64,000 nt of DNA. Source: Candidatus Poribacteria bacterium. GTDB lineage: Bacteria > Poribacteria > WGA-4E > PCPOR2b. The notes below the pieces were generated by a model, which saw only the letters and a list, made by a program, of their open reading frames with translations, did not search any database and was not told where the DNA came from. The position numbers and the translations under genes are program-made. The DNA is taken from NCBI GenBank assembly GCA_965116925.1, contig OZ220744.1, forward strand, positions 3,776,001 to 3,840,000. Reading direction: 5' to 3'. Positions 40,295 to 49,811 of this stretch are shown here, one piece after another (the stretch's first letter is position 1; every line of letters starts with the position of its first letter).

Positions 40295-41482
40295 ATGGTG
40301 CTGCAGACAAATGAAGTTATACCGCTAAAAGGTCCTACTAAAACGCCCGTTGACGATTTAACAATCCCGAAGCTGCGTTTTGTACCCACCGATGCACAAA
40401 TACAAGAGTCACCAGAAGAATTTCCAATTGACGCAGCCAATGATAACGCCAAAGCGTTTGAAACCCGTTATTCAGATCAAGAGGACGGTTTATTAAGGAC
40501 CTACCTTCACCAGATTGGTAAAATCCCACGTTTAACTCAAGAGGAAGAAACCAACCTGTTCATCAAGATTGAAAAGCGTCGGTTGCAATCTGATGAGCTC
40601 TATCAGGAGTTGGTCGCCTACCTGCCTGACCTTTCTCTGGACAACCAGCCATCTACTGCTATCCTGAACCGCAGAATTATAGCTGAATCCCTCCCACAGT
40701 CCACCGAAGAGTATCTTTTGGATTTGGTGCAACACATAAAGTTATACAATGCAGAGGCTGAGACTGCTAAGAACCACATTGTTGAAGCGAATTTAAGACT
40801 AGCAGTCTGCATCGCGAAAAAATATCGGGAGCGTGGACTTGATTTACTCGATCTGGTTCAAGAGGCGAGCATCGGACTTCTCCAGGCGGTTGATCACTTT
40901 GATTGGCAGCGTGGTGTCAAATTTGGAGCGTACGCTTCGTGGTGGATGCAGCAGGCAATTGGCTGTGGTATTGCTAATCATGGGCGGATGATTCGTCTGC
41001 CGGCGTATATCCTCGGTGAGATTCGGAAGGTGAATCGGGTGGAAGCACGCCTGCATCAGCAGACCAATCGCGAACCGAGCCGAAAAGAGGTCGCTGAGGC
41101 ATCGGGGCTCACTGTGGATCGGCTTCTGCTACTGGACCGACTAACCACTAATACCGTATCGCTGGAGACTTATAATAATTCGGGACAAGGTGGAATTGAG
41201 GATTTTGTCGCGTGTGAAAAGACCCCGAATCCGCTAGAGGAACTCACTCGGCAAAATTTGGTGGCGGAAGTGAAAGCAGCCTTGACCGAGCTACCGCCGC
41301 GCGAACAGCAAATCATTTCCCTAAGATATGGATTGGAAAATGGAAAGGAACACAGTTTACAGGAGATTGGTGCGTTCCTGAATCTCTCCAGAGAGCGGAT
41401 TCGACAGCTTGAGATGAGAGCCTTAAATCGACTACGTCACCCTGCTCGTTGCGAGCACTTCCGAGATTTTGAAGACGTCTAG
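40295..41482 (+). CDS. Alternative sigma-70 factor (RpoD/RpoS-like)
   Basis: YL.QIG..P.LT.EEE, EANLRL...IAKKY, DLVQE..IGL..AV..FD, YASWW, LSRERIRQLE. Confidence 0.9.
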   Translation: MVLQTNEVIPLKGPTKTPVDDLTIPKLRFVPTDAQIQESPEEFPIDAANDNAKAFETRYSDQEDGLLRTYLHQIGKIPRLTQEEETNLFIKIEKRRLQSDELYQELVAYLPDLSLDNQPSTAILNRRIIAESLPQSTEEYLLDLVQHIKLYNAEAETAKNHIVEANLRLAVCIAKKYRERGLDLLDLVQEASIGLLQAVDHFDWQRGVKFGAYASWWMQQAIGCGIANHGRMIRLPAYILGEIRKVNRVEARLHQQTNREPSRKEVAEASGLTVDRLLLLDRLTTNTVSLETYNNSGQGGIEDFVACEKTPNPLEELTRQNLVAEVKAALTELPPREQQIISLRYGLENGKEHSLQEIGAFLNLSRERIRQLEMRALNRLRHPARCEHFRDFEDV

Positions 41483-41483
41483 C

Positions 41484-41885
41484 CTAGGAGGAAGGCGGTG
41501 ACCTCGTTCCTTCTCGTTGTGAATCCGGTGATTCTTCAGGATTGAACATGTAGTCGAAGCTCAACCACAAGCTGCGAGAATAGCGGAAGAAGAAGATGGG
41601 GAAAAGGGCGCAGAAGGCTACCCACAGAATGAAGTTTGCAAGAAAAGAGATAGAAGTGAAATAACCCAACGCAAAATAGCCAGCAAATGCAATAAGAACA
41701 GTCATACCGTAGTTAATATACATTGCCCCGACAAAGTATCCTGCCTCGCGTTCAAATCCGAAGCTACAGCTACCGCACTCCGAACGCATTTTGAACATAC
41801 CTGTAAACATTCGACCTTCACCACATCTCGGACACCTTAAGCGCAGTCCTTTTACGAAGATTTGTCCCTTGCTCTGTTTCTGCAT
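41484..41885 (-). CDS. DUF983 family membrane protein
   Basis: RCPRCGEG...CGSC...ERE.GYF.GAMY, two TM helices. Confidence 0.8.
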   Translation of the reverse strand: MQKQSKGQIFVKGLRLRCPRCGEGRMFTGMFKMRSECGSCSFGFEREAGYFVGAMYINYGMTVLIAFAGYFALGYFTSISFLANFILWVAFCALFPIFFFRYSRSLWLSFDYMFNPEESPDSQREGTRSPPSS

Positions 41886-42146
41886 CTACTGCTTTCCCTC
41901 CTTGAACTCCCACCTTCAATAAGTTATAATTTCCGATTGAGAACCTAATTTTAGCATAGCTGGTCGGTGATGTCAATTTAGTCTTGCAAGCAGAAGTCGA
42001 TCGCCTCCCACTCTTTGATGTTGGCACCAATAATGGCAATCTATCATGAACGTTGCCGTAAGGGCGAGGCTCACTTGCCCTATTGGCGTGCTCAACATTT
42101 TTCAAACCGATTCATCGGTGAATCGTGGAGCTAGCGGAGCACAATT

Positions 42147-42959
42147 ATGGATTATCGCATAGAAGCGAACCGAAAGAACTGGAACGAGCGCACCCCTGCT
42201 CATGCAGCCTCTGAATTTTACGATGTGGCGGGATTTCGCAATGGTCGGATAACGCTGACCGATATAGAAAGAACGGAGGTGGGTTCTGTCGAAGGCAAGT
42301 CTCTGCTGCACCTTCAGTGTCACTTTGGTATGGATACGATGTCATGGGCTCGATTGGGAGCGGAAGCGACGGGGGTTGACATCTCAGACGCCGCAATCGA
42401 TTTGGCGAAAGCATTGAATGATGAGCTGCAATTGAATACCCGATTTATCTGTTCCAATATCTACGACCTACCCGATGTACTGGATGAAGAGTTCGACATC
42501 GTATATACGGCGATGGGGGTGCTTTGTTGGTTGCCAGATTTGTCTGGATGGGCAAATATCATCGCTAGATTTCTCAAACCCAACGGTATTTTCTACATCT
42601 TGGATGGTCACCCATTCGCACACGTATTTGAATCGGAAGAGAACCTAGATGGAGTTCAGGAACTACGGGTGCGATATCCGTACTTCAAAAAAAAGGAGGG
42701 CGACTTCTACGAGGGTGGCCAGCCCAGTTATGCAAGTTCAGAAGTCATAGAAGCTGGATGTTACGAATGGCAGCACAGCGTTGGTGAGATACTGAATGCC
42801 ATCTTGGATGCTGGATTACGGATTCAGTTCTTTCACGAGTTTGCACGCAGTGGCTATAAAGCCTTTCCATGTATGGAAAAAGGTAAGGATGGCTGGTGGC
42901 GGCTTACATCGCACAACGACTCAGTCCCACAACTATTCTCGCTGAAGGCGACTAAATAA
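42147..42959 (+). CDS. Class I SAM-dependent methyltransferase
   Basis: LLHLQCHFGMDT, GVDIS, GVLCWLPDL. Confidence 0.88.
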   Translation: MDYRIEANRKNWNERTPAHAASEFYDVAGFRNGRITLTDIERTEVGSVEGKSLLHLQCHFGMDTMSWARLGAEATGVDISDAAIDLAKALNDELQLNTRFICSNIYDLPDVLDEEFDIVYTAMGVLCWLPDLSGWANIIARFLKPNGIFYILDGHPFAHVFESEENLDGVQELRVRYPYFKKKEGDFYEGGQPSYASSEVIEAGCYEWQHSVGEILNAILDAGLRIQFFHEFARSGYKAFPCMEKGKDGWWRLTSHNDSVPQLFSLKATK

Positions 42960-43038
42960 GCCTGAATAGCCTCAGTTCATACGACTGAGTTAAAAGTCTA
43001 TCGGTTGCACGACTTGAGTTGTCCTTGATTGCATTATT

Positions 43039-45882
43039 ATGAAAATCCAAAACGGCATTGCAATTGTCTGTTTCTTCCTCTCTGGTTTCGCGGGGCTAGT
43101 CTACGAGGTGTCGTGGATACGGAAGGCTTCTCTGGCCTTTGGATCCACGACGTTTGCTGTTAGCACAGTATTAGCGGTCTTTTTTCTCGGACTGGCTTGT
43201 GGCAGCTATCTGTTTGGACGAATTGGCCAAAACACGGTGCGACCATTAAGGCTTTACGCGCTGATCGAAATCGGACTTGGACTGTTCGCTATGGCAAGTC
43301 CTTACCTCCTTGACTTCACGGAGAGCCTCTACGGCCCAATCTATCGCGCTCTAGCGGGTCATGCCGTTATTCTATTCATAGCACGCGGGGTGCTGGTGTC
43401 TCTCGTCATCCTCCCACCTACTATCCTCATGGGCAGCACACTTCCCCTCTTTTGCCGCCAATTCGTTCACAGCGATGCAAGGGTCGCCAATCGTGTTGGA
43501 ATGCTTTACGGGGTGAACACCTTGGGCGCAGCGGTGGGCTGTGCAGCAGCTGGGCTCTTCTTGCTGCCAACACTCGGACTTCGGCTCACTGTTCAGTTGG
43601 GGGCCGCCTTGAACCTCCTGTGCGGCATTGCTGTCTGGCTATTACCCGTCGCCAAAAATCAGCTTCCTCAATTGAATCAGGATTCAGAGGAGCCTGCAAG
43701 TCAGGGCAAAATAGCTACGGAACGGTTTACCGCCGCGCAGCTCCCCATTGCCATTCTGTTCTTTTCCGTTGGCTTTGTCGTCCTTGGGAGTGAGGTGCTT
43801 TGGACACGCTACTTGCGACTTTTGACCCGTCAGAATAGCGTATACACCTACACCTTAACACTGACAGTGATACTAGTCGGTATTGTCCTCGGTAGTTTTC
43901 TCGCTTCCCGTCTCTTCGATCGGTCAACACCGCGCGCACGATATTTTGGTCTATTTCAAATTCTTACAGGGCTATCGGTGCTAACTGTTATGACCCTTCC
44001 ACATACTTTTTGGGCAGGTGTCAAAAATGAGTTGGGGATGTATTTCCTTCTACTATTGCCGCCCGCGATCCTTTCGGGCGCGTCATTTCCGCTTGCGGTG
44101 CGGATGGTTGTCGAAGGTGCATCAGGGGCAAGTATAGGGACGGGGCGGATGGCAGCAATTAACACGCTGGGTGGAATTCTCGGCTCGCTGCTGATTGGAT
44201 TTGTGGGGCTGCCCATCTTTGGGATAAAGTTCAGCCTCCTGTTTATTACAGGCGTCAGTTTATTAACCGGATTCGCTGCATGGTTCTGGATTGACAAAAC
44301 CTTCTCACCGCTTTTGCGAGGAGGAGCAGTGGCCGGAGCATTACTGATCTGGGTCTGTGTCCCTTTTGCTTCAGGGACTCAGATACCCGCCGATTTTCTT
44401 GCGAGTGGACGGCAACTGGTGGCTTTCCGTGAGGGATTTGATGGAGATTTGGCTGTTATCCGAAGAGATGAGAAGTGGATTGAACTTGAAATTGACCGAT
44501 GGTGGCAGGGAAGCAATCTAAAAAATCAGCAGGTAGTTGGGGCGCATATTCCAGCCCTCTTGCACCCGAATCCAAAAAACGTTTTGGTTGTTGGAGCAGG
44601 GACCGGACAAACGCCAAGCCGTTTTCTGATATACGATATTGACCGTCTCGATTGTGTCGATATCGAACCGACGCTGTTTGAGTTTATCCGTGACCATTTC
44701 GACTCGAAGTGGATGGCAGACGAACGGGTCAAGCTGATTAGTGAGGACGGGCTCAATTACCTGAATCACAGTGATGTTATGTATGATATAATTGCCATTG
44801 AGGTGGGCCAAATCTTTCGCCCCGGTATTGCGTTTTTCTACACTGCTGATTTCTACCACCGTTCCCGGCAACGACTTCGGCCCGGTGGTCTCCTCACCCA
44901 ACTGGTTTCAATACCGTCGCTCACAACCGATCAGTTCCGGGGTGTGATTAAAACCTTCCTTGACGCTTTTCCGCAGAGTTTTCTGTGGTACAACTCCTCC
45001 GATTTGCTCCTGATTGGTGTGAACGATACAGATTTCAAGATCAGCCCCACCACCTTAGAACAGTTATCGTCTAATGAATCCGTGCGCCGCGACTTGCGCT
45101 ACACCTTTTGGGGCGGACCTAAACAGTGGCTTAACTGGATTCCTGTCTTTCTCGGAGGATATCTGGCAGGGCCGCATGAACTCGCTCAACTGGCATCGGG
45201 GGCTCGCCTTTACCGTGATGATTTGCCGGTGCTCGATTACGCAACCAGTTTGAGCTACATCACCGAGACGAATGAGATTCCAATTGTCAAAGATTACCTG
45301 CTCAAGCATACCGGTTCCCTAGACGAGGTCATTGATTTCACACTTTCTGCCGAAAAGATTTCAGATATTGAAGAGCTCCGCAAGAAAAATCTAGGGGCAA
45401 TCATCGCAGAAGCCCTTCTCCGGCGGGCAGAGCTGCTGACACTTTCAAGAGACGATGCAGCCGACGAGGTTATTACGTTACTTTCAGAGGCGGTCGACTG
45501 GAATCCGGACCATTTTGAGGCGAATCGTATGCTCGCCGACGCGCTGATAGGGCAGGGGCGGAACAAAGCGGCGGGGCGCTATTATGTGGAGGCTAACCGA
45601 ATTCGCCCGGAAGATCCCCATGTCCTACACGGCATTGCCCACACACTCTATCGTCTCAATAGAATTGAGGCAGCAATCCCATACTATCGGGCTTCGTTGC
45701 GCCTACGACCCAACCACGCCGAGACGCACAATCACATTGGGCTCGCCTTGGCTAAACGAGGAAATTTCGTCGAGGCACGCCAGCACTTCAAGACAGCGGT
45801 CCGCTTGGATCCTGACTACACTGAAGCCAAGCGAAATCTTGCTGGGGTGAGGAAAGCTCTACAGGCGATGCCGCAAAGGTGA
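43039..45882 (+). CDS. Fused MFS/spermidine synthase-like protein with C-terminal TPRs
   Basis: SGFAGLVYEV.W, NTLGA, VLVVGAGTG, TPR repeats. Confidence 0.85.
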   Translation: MKIQNGIAIVCFFLSGFAGLVYEVSWIRKASLAFGSTTFAVSTVLAVFFLGLACGSYLFGRIGQNTVRPLRLYALIEIGLGLFAMASPYLLDFTESLYGPIYRALAGHAVILFIARGVLVSLVILPPTILMGSTLPLFCRQFVHSDARVANRVGMLYGVNTLGAAVGCAAAGLFLLPTLGLRLTVQLGAALNLLCGIAVWLLPVAKNQLPQLNQDSEEPASQGKIATERFTAAQLPIAILFFSVGFVVLGSEVLWTRYLRLLTRQNSVYTYTLTLTVILVGIVLGSFLASRLFDRSTPRARYFGLFQILTGLSVLTVMTLPHTFWAGVKNELGMYFLLLLPPAILSGASFPLAVRMVVEGASGASIGTGRMAAINTLGGILGSLLIGFVGLPIFGIKFSLLFITGVSLLTGFAAWFWIDKTFSPLLRGGAVAGALLIWVCVPFASGTQIPADFLASGRQLVAFREGFDGDLAVIRRDEKWIELEIDRWWQGSNLKNQQVVGAHIPALLHPNPKNVLVVGAGTGQTPSRFLIYDIDRLDCVDIEPTLFEFIRDHFDSKWMADERVKLISEDGLNYLNHSDVMYDIIAIEVGQIFRPGIAFFYTADFYHRSRQRLRPGGLLTQLVSIPSLTTDQFRGVIKTFLDAFPQSFLWYNSSDLLLIGVNDTDFKISPTTLEQLSSNESVRRDLRYTFWGGPKQWLNWIPVFLGGYLAGPHELAQLASGARLYRDDLPVLDYATSLSYITETNEIPIVKDYLLKHTGSLDEVIDFTLSAEKISDIEELRKKNLGAIIAEALLRRAELLTLSRDDAADEVITLLSEAVDWNPDHFEANRMLADALIGQGRNKAAGRYYVEANRIRPEDPHVLHGIAHTLYRLNRIEAAIPYYRASLRLRPNHAETHNHIGLALAKRGNFVEARQHFKTAVRLDPDYTEAKRNLAGVRKALQAMPQR

Positions 45883-45935
45883 GCGCAGCCTTTATCCGAT
45901 GTTATTCACTAGCAAATTAAATTGAAAAATCGTTG

Positions 45936-45964
45936 TTGACCTAAGAACTAAAACGTGATACAAT
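45936..45964 (+). promoter_or_regulatory. Putative sigma-70 promoter of the FG-GAP array
   Basis: TTGACC-17-TACAAT with extended TG. Confidence 0.6.
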
Positions 45965-46063
45965 AAATAGGCTAGCTAGAGGTTGTCCAATAAGAAGAAT
46001 TATTGGATACTGGGACCTAAAGGTCAGTTGAAAGGAGTTTTCAATCTGAAAGGAGCGTTATCA

Positions 46064-47710
46064 ATGAAAGTTTTGCAACTTAGCTTTACCTGTCTTGTTT
46101 TATTGGTTGGGCAGGTCGCACTGAGCTATGCCGCTGTTCCCGATGTCGAGGGGGAGGTTGTTCCTAGACCCGAAGGAGGAAGCACCAATTGGGGGCATTC
46201 CGTTGACATCAGTGGAACGGTTTTCATCGCTGGGTACACCTCGTATGTTGGAAATGCTGGAGGTGTCTTCATCATGGAACAAAAGGGGAAGCGGTGGGAT
46301 ATTTTAGAGCACTTCAAAACTCCCGATAACGGAACGAGAGATTGGTACGGGAAGGCTGTCGCTATTGAAGGTGATATTGCTGTTGTGAGTGCCTACGAAC
46401 ATGGCGGGAAAAAACGCACCGCAGGCGACTCGTTAGGTGAGGGGCCCGGGAGGGTTTATGTCTACGAGCGTCAGGGCGGCAAAGGGTTTGGAGAGATGGC
46501 AAAATTGAAGGGCGAGGGCATCCAAAACAATGACCGGTTCGGGTATTCTGTTGACCTCAGCAGAGATACCCTCATTGCCGGAACCCCTTTTCATGACGAG
46601 GAGAAGGGTGCGGTCTATGTTTATAAACTTGAAAACAAGCAATGGAAGCAGCAAGCTAAACTTCAAGCGGACGACGCGGGTGTCAAGAATCGGTTCGGTT
46701 GGGACTGTGCGATCCATGAAAACACGATAGTTGTCGGTGCCCCGCTCGCTGCTGCACCTGCGAGACTCTCCGGCGCGGCGTATATCTTTAAGCGACAAGG
46801 AGACGCTTGGGTACAGACGGCAAAGGTTACCCCCGAAGATGGGGATGGCGGCGATAGTTTCGGTGCTGCTGTTGATGTGAGTAAGAGTCGTATCATTGTT
46901 GGAGCAAACAAAGACGAGAACGAAGTGAAGAAACGTGGCTCCGGTTCTGCCTATATCTTCCAAATAGTTGGAGATGCCGTTACACAGGAGGCGAAGTTGA
47001 CCGCGGACGAACCTCAGGAAGGTGCCGGCTTCGGTCTTTCGGTTGCACTCGATGTGAATCGTGCACTCGTCGGGGCACCCTCTGCCGATACGAAGCGCGG
47101 CGATGACTCCGGTGCTGCTTATGCGTTTCTGAAGGTCGGTGCCGACTGGGTGTTGCAGGCGAGAGTTATACCTGAGAAAGGACCGGATGAGGGTAAGGGG
47201 CTGACCAGTGGTGACAATATGGGCAGTGCTGTCGCCCTTGATGGTGAATTCGGGCGAAAATTCAACTTCGCTGCCATCGGCGTTCAATGGGATCATCAGG
47301 AAGGTGATGATAACGGTTCCGTATATATCTTTGATACCCAGAATGTGGACGGTCTCAACATACCGTTGTCGGTTGAGCCCCGCGGTGATTTGGCACTGAC
47401 GATGTTCGGGGATATCAAGCGGACAGCGTTGCTTCAAAACTTTCCCAATCCGTTTAACCCAGAGACGTGGATTCCTTATACGCTGGCTGATGATACGGAG
47501 GTAAACGTTCGTATCTATGATGTTGAGGGTAAGTTGGTGCGTCATCTGGACATCGGTTACCAGCGGTCAGGACAGTATATCAACAGAGAGAAGGCTATCT
47601 ATTGGGATGGTAGGGACCAATTGGGTGAGTCGGTTTCGAGTGGTGTCTATTTCTATACCCTAAAGGCGGATGGGTTTTCAGATACCCGCCGTATGGTTAT
47701 CCTCAAGTAG
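46064..47710 (+). CDS. FG-GAP repeat protein with T9SS-type C-terminal domain, copy 1
   Basis: FG.SV.I.G....VGAP....GA.Y.F repeats; LLQNFPNPFNPETWIPY; SD AAGGAG. Confidence 0.9.
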   Translation: MKVLQLSFTCLVLLVGQVALSYAAVPDVEGEVVPRPEGGSTNWGHSVDISGTVFIAGYTSYVGNAGGVFIMEQKGKRWDILEHFKTPDNGTRDWYGKAVAIEGDIAVVSAYEHGGKKRTAGDSLGEGPGRVYVYERQGGKGFGEMAKLKGEGIQNNDRFGYSVDLSRDTLIAGTPFHDEEKGAVYVYKLENKQWKQQAKLQADDAGVKNRFGWDCAIHENTIVVGAPLAAAPARLSGAAYIFKRQGDAWVQTAKVTPEDGDGGDSFGAAVDVSKSRIIVGANKDENEVKKRGSGSAYIFQIVGDAVTQEAKLTADEPQEGAGFGLSVALDVNRALVGAPSADTKRGDDSGAAYAFLKVGADWVLQARVIPEKGPDEGKGLTSGDNMGSAVALDGEFGRKFNFAAIGVQWDHQEGDDNGSVYIFDTQNVDGLNIPLSVEPRGDLALTMFGDIKRTALLQNFPNPFNPETWIPYTLADDTEVNVRIYDVEGKLVRHLDIGYQRSGQYINREKAIYWDGRDQLGESVSSGVYFYTLKADGFSDTRRMVILK

Positions 47711-48034
47711 TTTTCCTTGAAACACATCAAACCTTCCACTTGGATTGCTAGGTGTGATTCTAATTGAAAGCTTTTACATGGTGAAACCCAGCATTCGATA
47801 ATCTGCGTGTGAATTAGAGTGTTGGGTTTCACTTGATTTAGCCACACAATAGTGTTGTTAACAAGCAGTGCTCCAGCCTACCTTTACAGGGATTTGTTCT
47901 AACCGTTCAACTCAACCCGTACGATATAATTAGTTTTGATGTAGTGGTGTGACCTGTGGGTTGAAATTTGCCTCTCGACGCAGTGAATTAACCGTTGATT
48001 GGGGAAACGGTTAATCCTGAAAGGAGTGCTATCA

Positions 48035-49687
48035 GTGAAAACCTTGCAGATTACCTTCACCTGTCTCATTCTACTAGTTGGACAGGTCGCACTGAGCTAT
48101 GCTGTTCCCGATGCTGAAGGAGACGTTATCCATAGGCCTGAGGGAGGACAAACCAATTGGGGGCATTCTGTTGACATCAGTGGAACAACCCTCATCGCCG
48201 GGTATACTTCTTATACAGGTGATCTCGGCGGTGTCTATATCCTTGAATACGATGGGAAGAGATGGGATCTTATAAATCACTTCAAAACCCCCGACGGAAA
48301 CACGAGGGATCAGTATGGACATGCTGTCGCTATTGAAGGTGACATTGCCGTCGCGAGTGCCTACGAACACGGCGGGAAAAGACCTACCGCAGGTGGAAGG
48401 TTCGGAGGCGGACCGGGAATAGTGTATGTCTTCCAACGTCACGCCGGAGGGAAAGGGTTTGGGGAGATGGCAAACTTTAAAGGCGAGGGTGTCCAGAATG
48501 ATGACCGGTTCGGATATGCTGTTGACCTCAGTGGAAATACCCTTATTGCTGGAACCCCTTTCCATGATGGAGAGAAAGGTGCTGTCTATGTCTACGTGCT
48601 TGACGGAAACAAGTGGAAACATCAAGCTAAACTCCAAGCGGACGATGGGGCTCCAAAGAATCGGTTTGGTTGGGATTGCGCGATTAGTGAAAACACGATA
48701 GTTGTTGGTGCCCCGCTCGCTGCTGCACCTGCAAGGCTCTCCGGCGCAGCTTATGTGTTTAAGCGGCAGGGAGACGCTTGGGCGCAGGTTGCAAAGATTA
48801 CCCCCGATGACGGGGATGGCGGTGATAGTTTCGGTGTTTCTGTTGACGTGAGTAAGAGTCGTATCATTGTTGGAGCGAACAAAGACGAGAATGAAGTGAA
48901 GAAGCGTGGCTCGGGTTCTGCCTATATCTTCCAATTAGTTGGAGATGCCGTTACACAAGAGGCGAAGTTGACAGCGGACGAGCCCCAAGAAGGTGCGGGT
49001 TTTGGCTTGACAGTTGCGCTGGATGTGAACCGTGCACTTATCGGCGCGCCTTCGACCGATACGAAACGGGGTGACGATTCGGGAGCTGCTTATGCGTTTC
49101 TAAAGGTCGGCCCCGACTGGGTGTTGCAGGCGAGAGTCATACCTGAGAAAGGACCGGATGAAAGTAAGGGCCTGACCAGTGGTGACAATATGGGTAGTGC
49201 TGTCGCCCTTGATGGTCAATTCGGACGACGGTTGAATTTCGGTGCTGTCGGTGTTCAATGGGACGCACACGCTCAAGGTGGCGATGATGAAGGTTCTGTA
49301 TATATCTTTGATACCGCCGATGTGGAGGGTCTCAACATACCGCTGTCGGTTGAGCCACGCGGTGACTTGGCACTGACGATGTTTGGGGATATCAAGCGGA
49401 CAGCGTTGCTTCAAAACTTTCCCAATCCGTTTAATCCAGAGACGTGGATTCCTTATACGCTGGCTAATGATACGGAGGTAAAAGTTCGTATCTATGATGT
49501 TGAGGGTAAGTTGGTGCGTCATCTGGACATCGGTTACCAGCGGTCAGGAAGATATATCAGCAGAGAGAAAGCTGTCTATTGGGATGGTAGAGACCAACTG
49601 GGTGAATCAGTTTCGAGTGGTGTGTATTTCTATACCCTAAAGGCGGATGGGTTTTCAGATACCCGCCGCATGGTTATCTTGAAATAG
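48035..49687 (+). CDS. FG-GAP repeat protein, copy 2
   Basis: Paralog of copy 1; GTG start after AAGGAG. Confidence 0.9.
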   Translation: MKTLQITFTCLILLVGQVALSYAVPDAEGDVIHRPEGGQTNWGHSVDISGTTLIAGYTSYTGDLGGVYILEYDGKRWDLINHFKTPDGNTRDQYGHAVAIEGDIAVASAYEHGGKRPTAGGRFGGGPGIVYVFQRHAGGKGFGEMANFKGEGVQNDDRFGYAVDLSGNTLIAGTPFHDGEKGAVYVYVLDGNKWKHQAKLQADDGAPKNRFGWDCAISENTIVVGAPLAAAPARLSGAAYVFKRQGDAWAQVAKITPDDGDGGDSFGVSVDVSKSRIIVGANKDENEVKKRGSGSAYIFQLVGDAVTQEAKLTADEPQEGAGFGLTVALDVNRALIGAPSTDTKRGDDSGAAYAFLKVGPDWVLQARVIPEKGPDESKGLTSGDNMGSAVALDGQFGRRLNFGAVGVQWDAHAQGGDDEGSVYIFDTADVEGLNIPLSVEPRGDLALTMFGDIKRTALLQNFPNPFNPETWIPYTLANDTEVKVRIYDVEGKLVRHLDIGYQRSGRYISREKAVYWDGRDQLGESVSSGVYFYTLKADGFSDTRRMVILK

Positions 49688-49728
49688 TTATCCTTATCCG
49701 AGAGAGCGACTTAATAGGTTTTGTAAAG

Positions 49729-49766
49729 TAATTGTAGGTCGAGATGTAAATCTCGACCTACAATTA
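49729..49766. repeat. GTAG-type REP-like palindrome
   Basis: 17-bp perfect inverted repeat TAATTGTAGGTCGAGAT-GTAA-ATCTCGACCTACAATTA. Confidence 0.7.
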
Positions 49767-49811
49767 ACTGCTTATTGAAAAAGGTGGTTCATCCTGAAAG
49801 GAGCGTTATCA

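Noticed and set aside
46433..47545. 370-aa antisense ORF, with similar ones at 48074-48934, 49100-49522, 9929-10603 and 4528-5277
   Set aside because: Shadows of real genes on the opposite strand; not kept intact across the paralogs and no recognisable motifs
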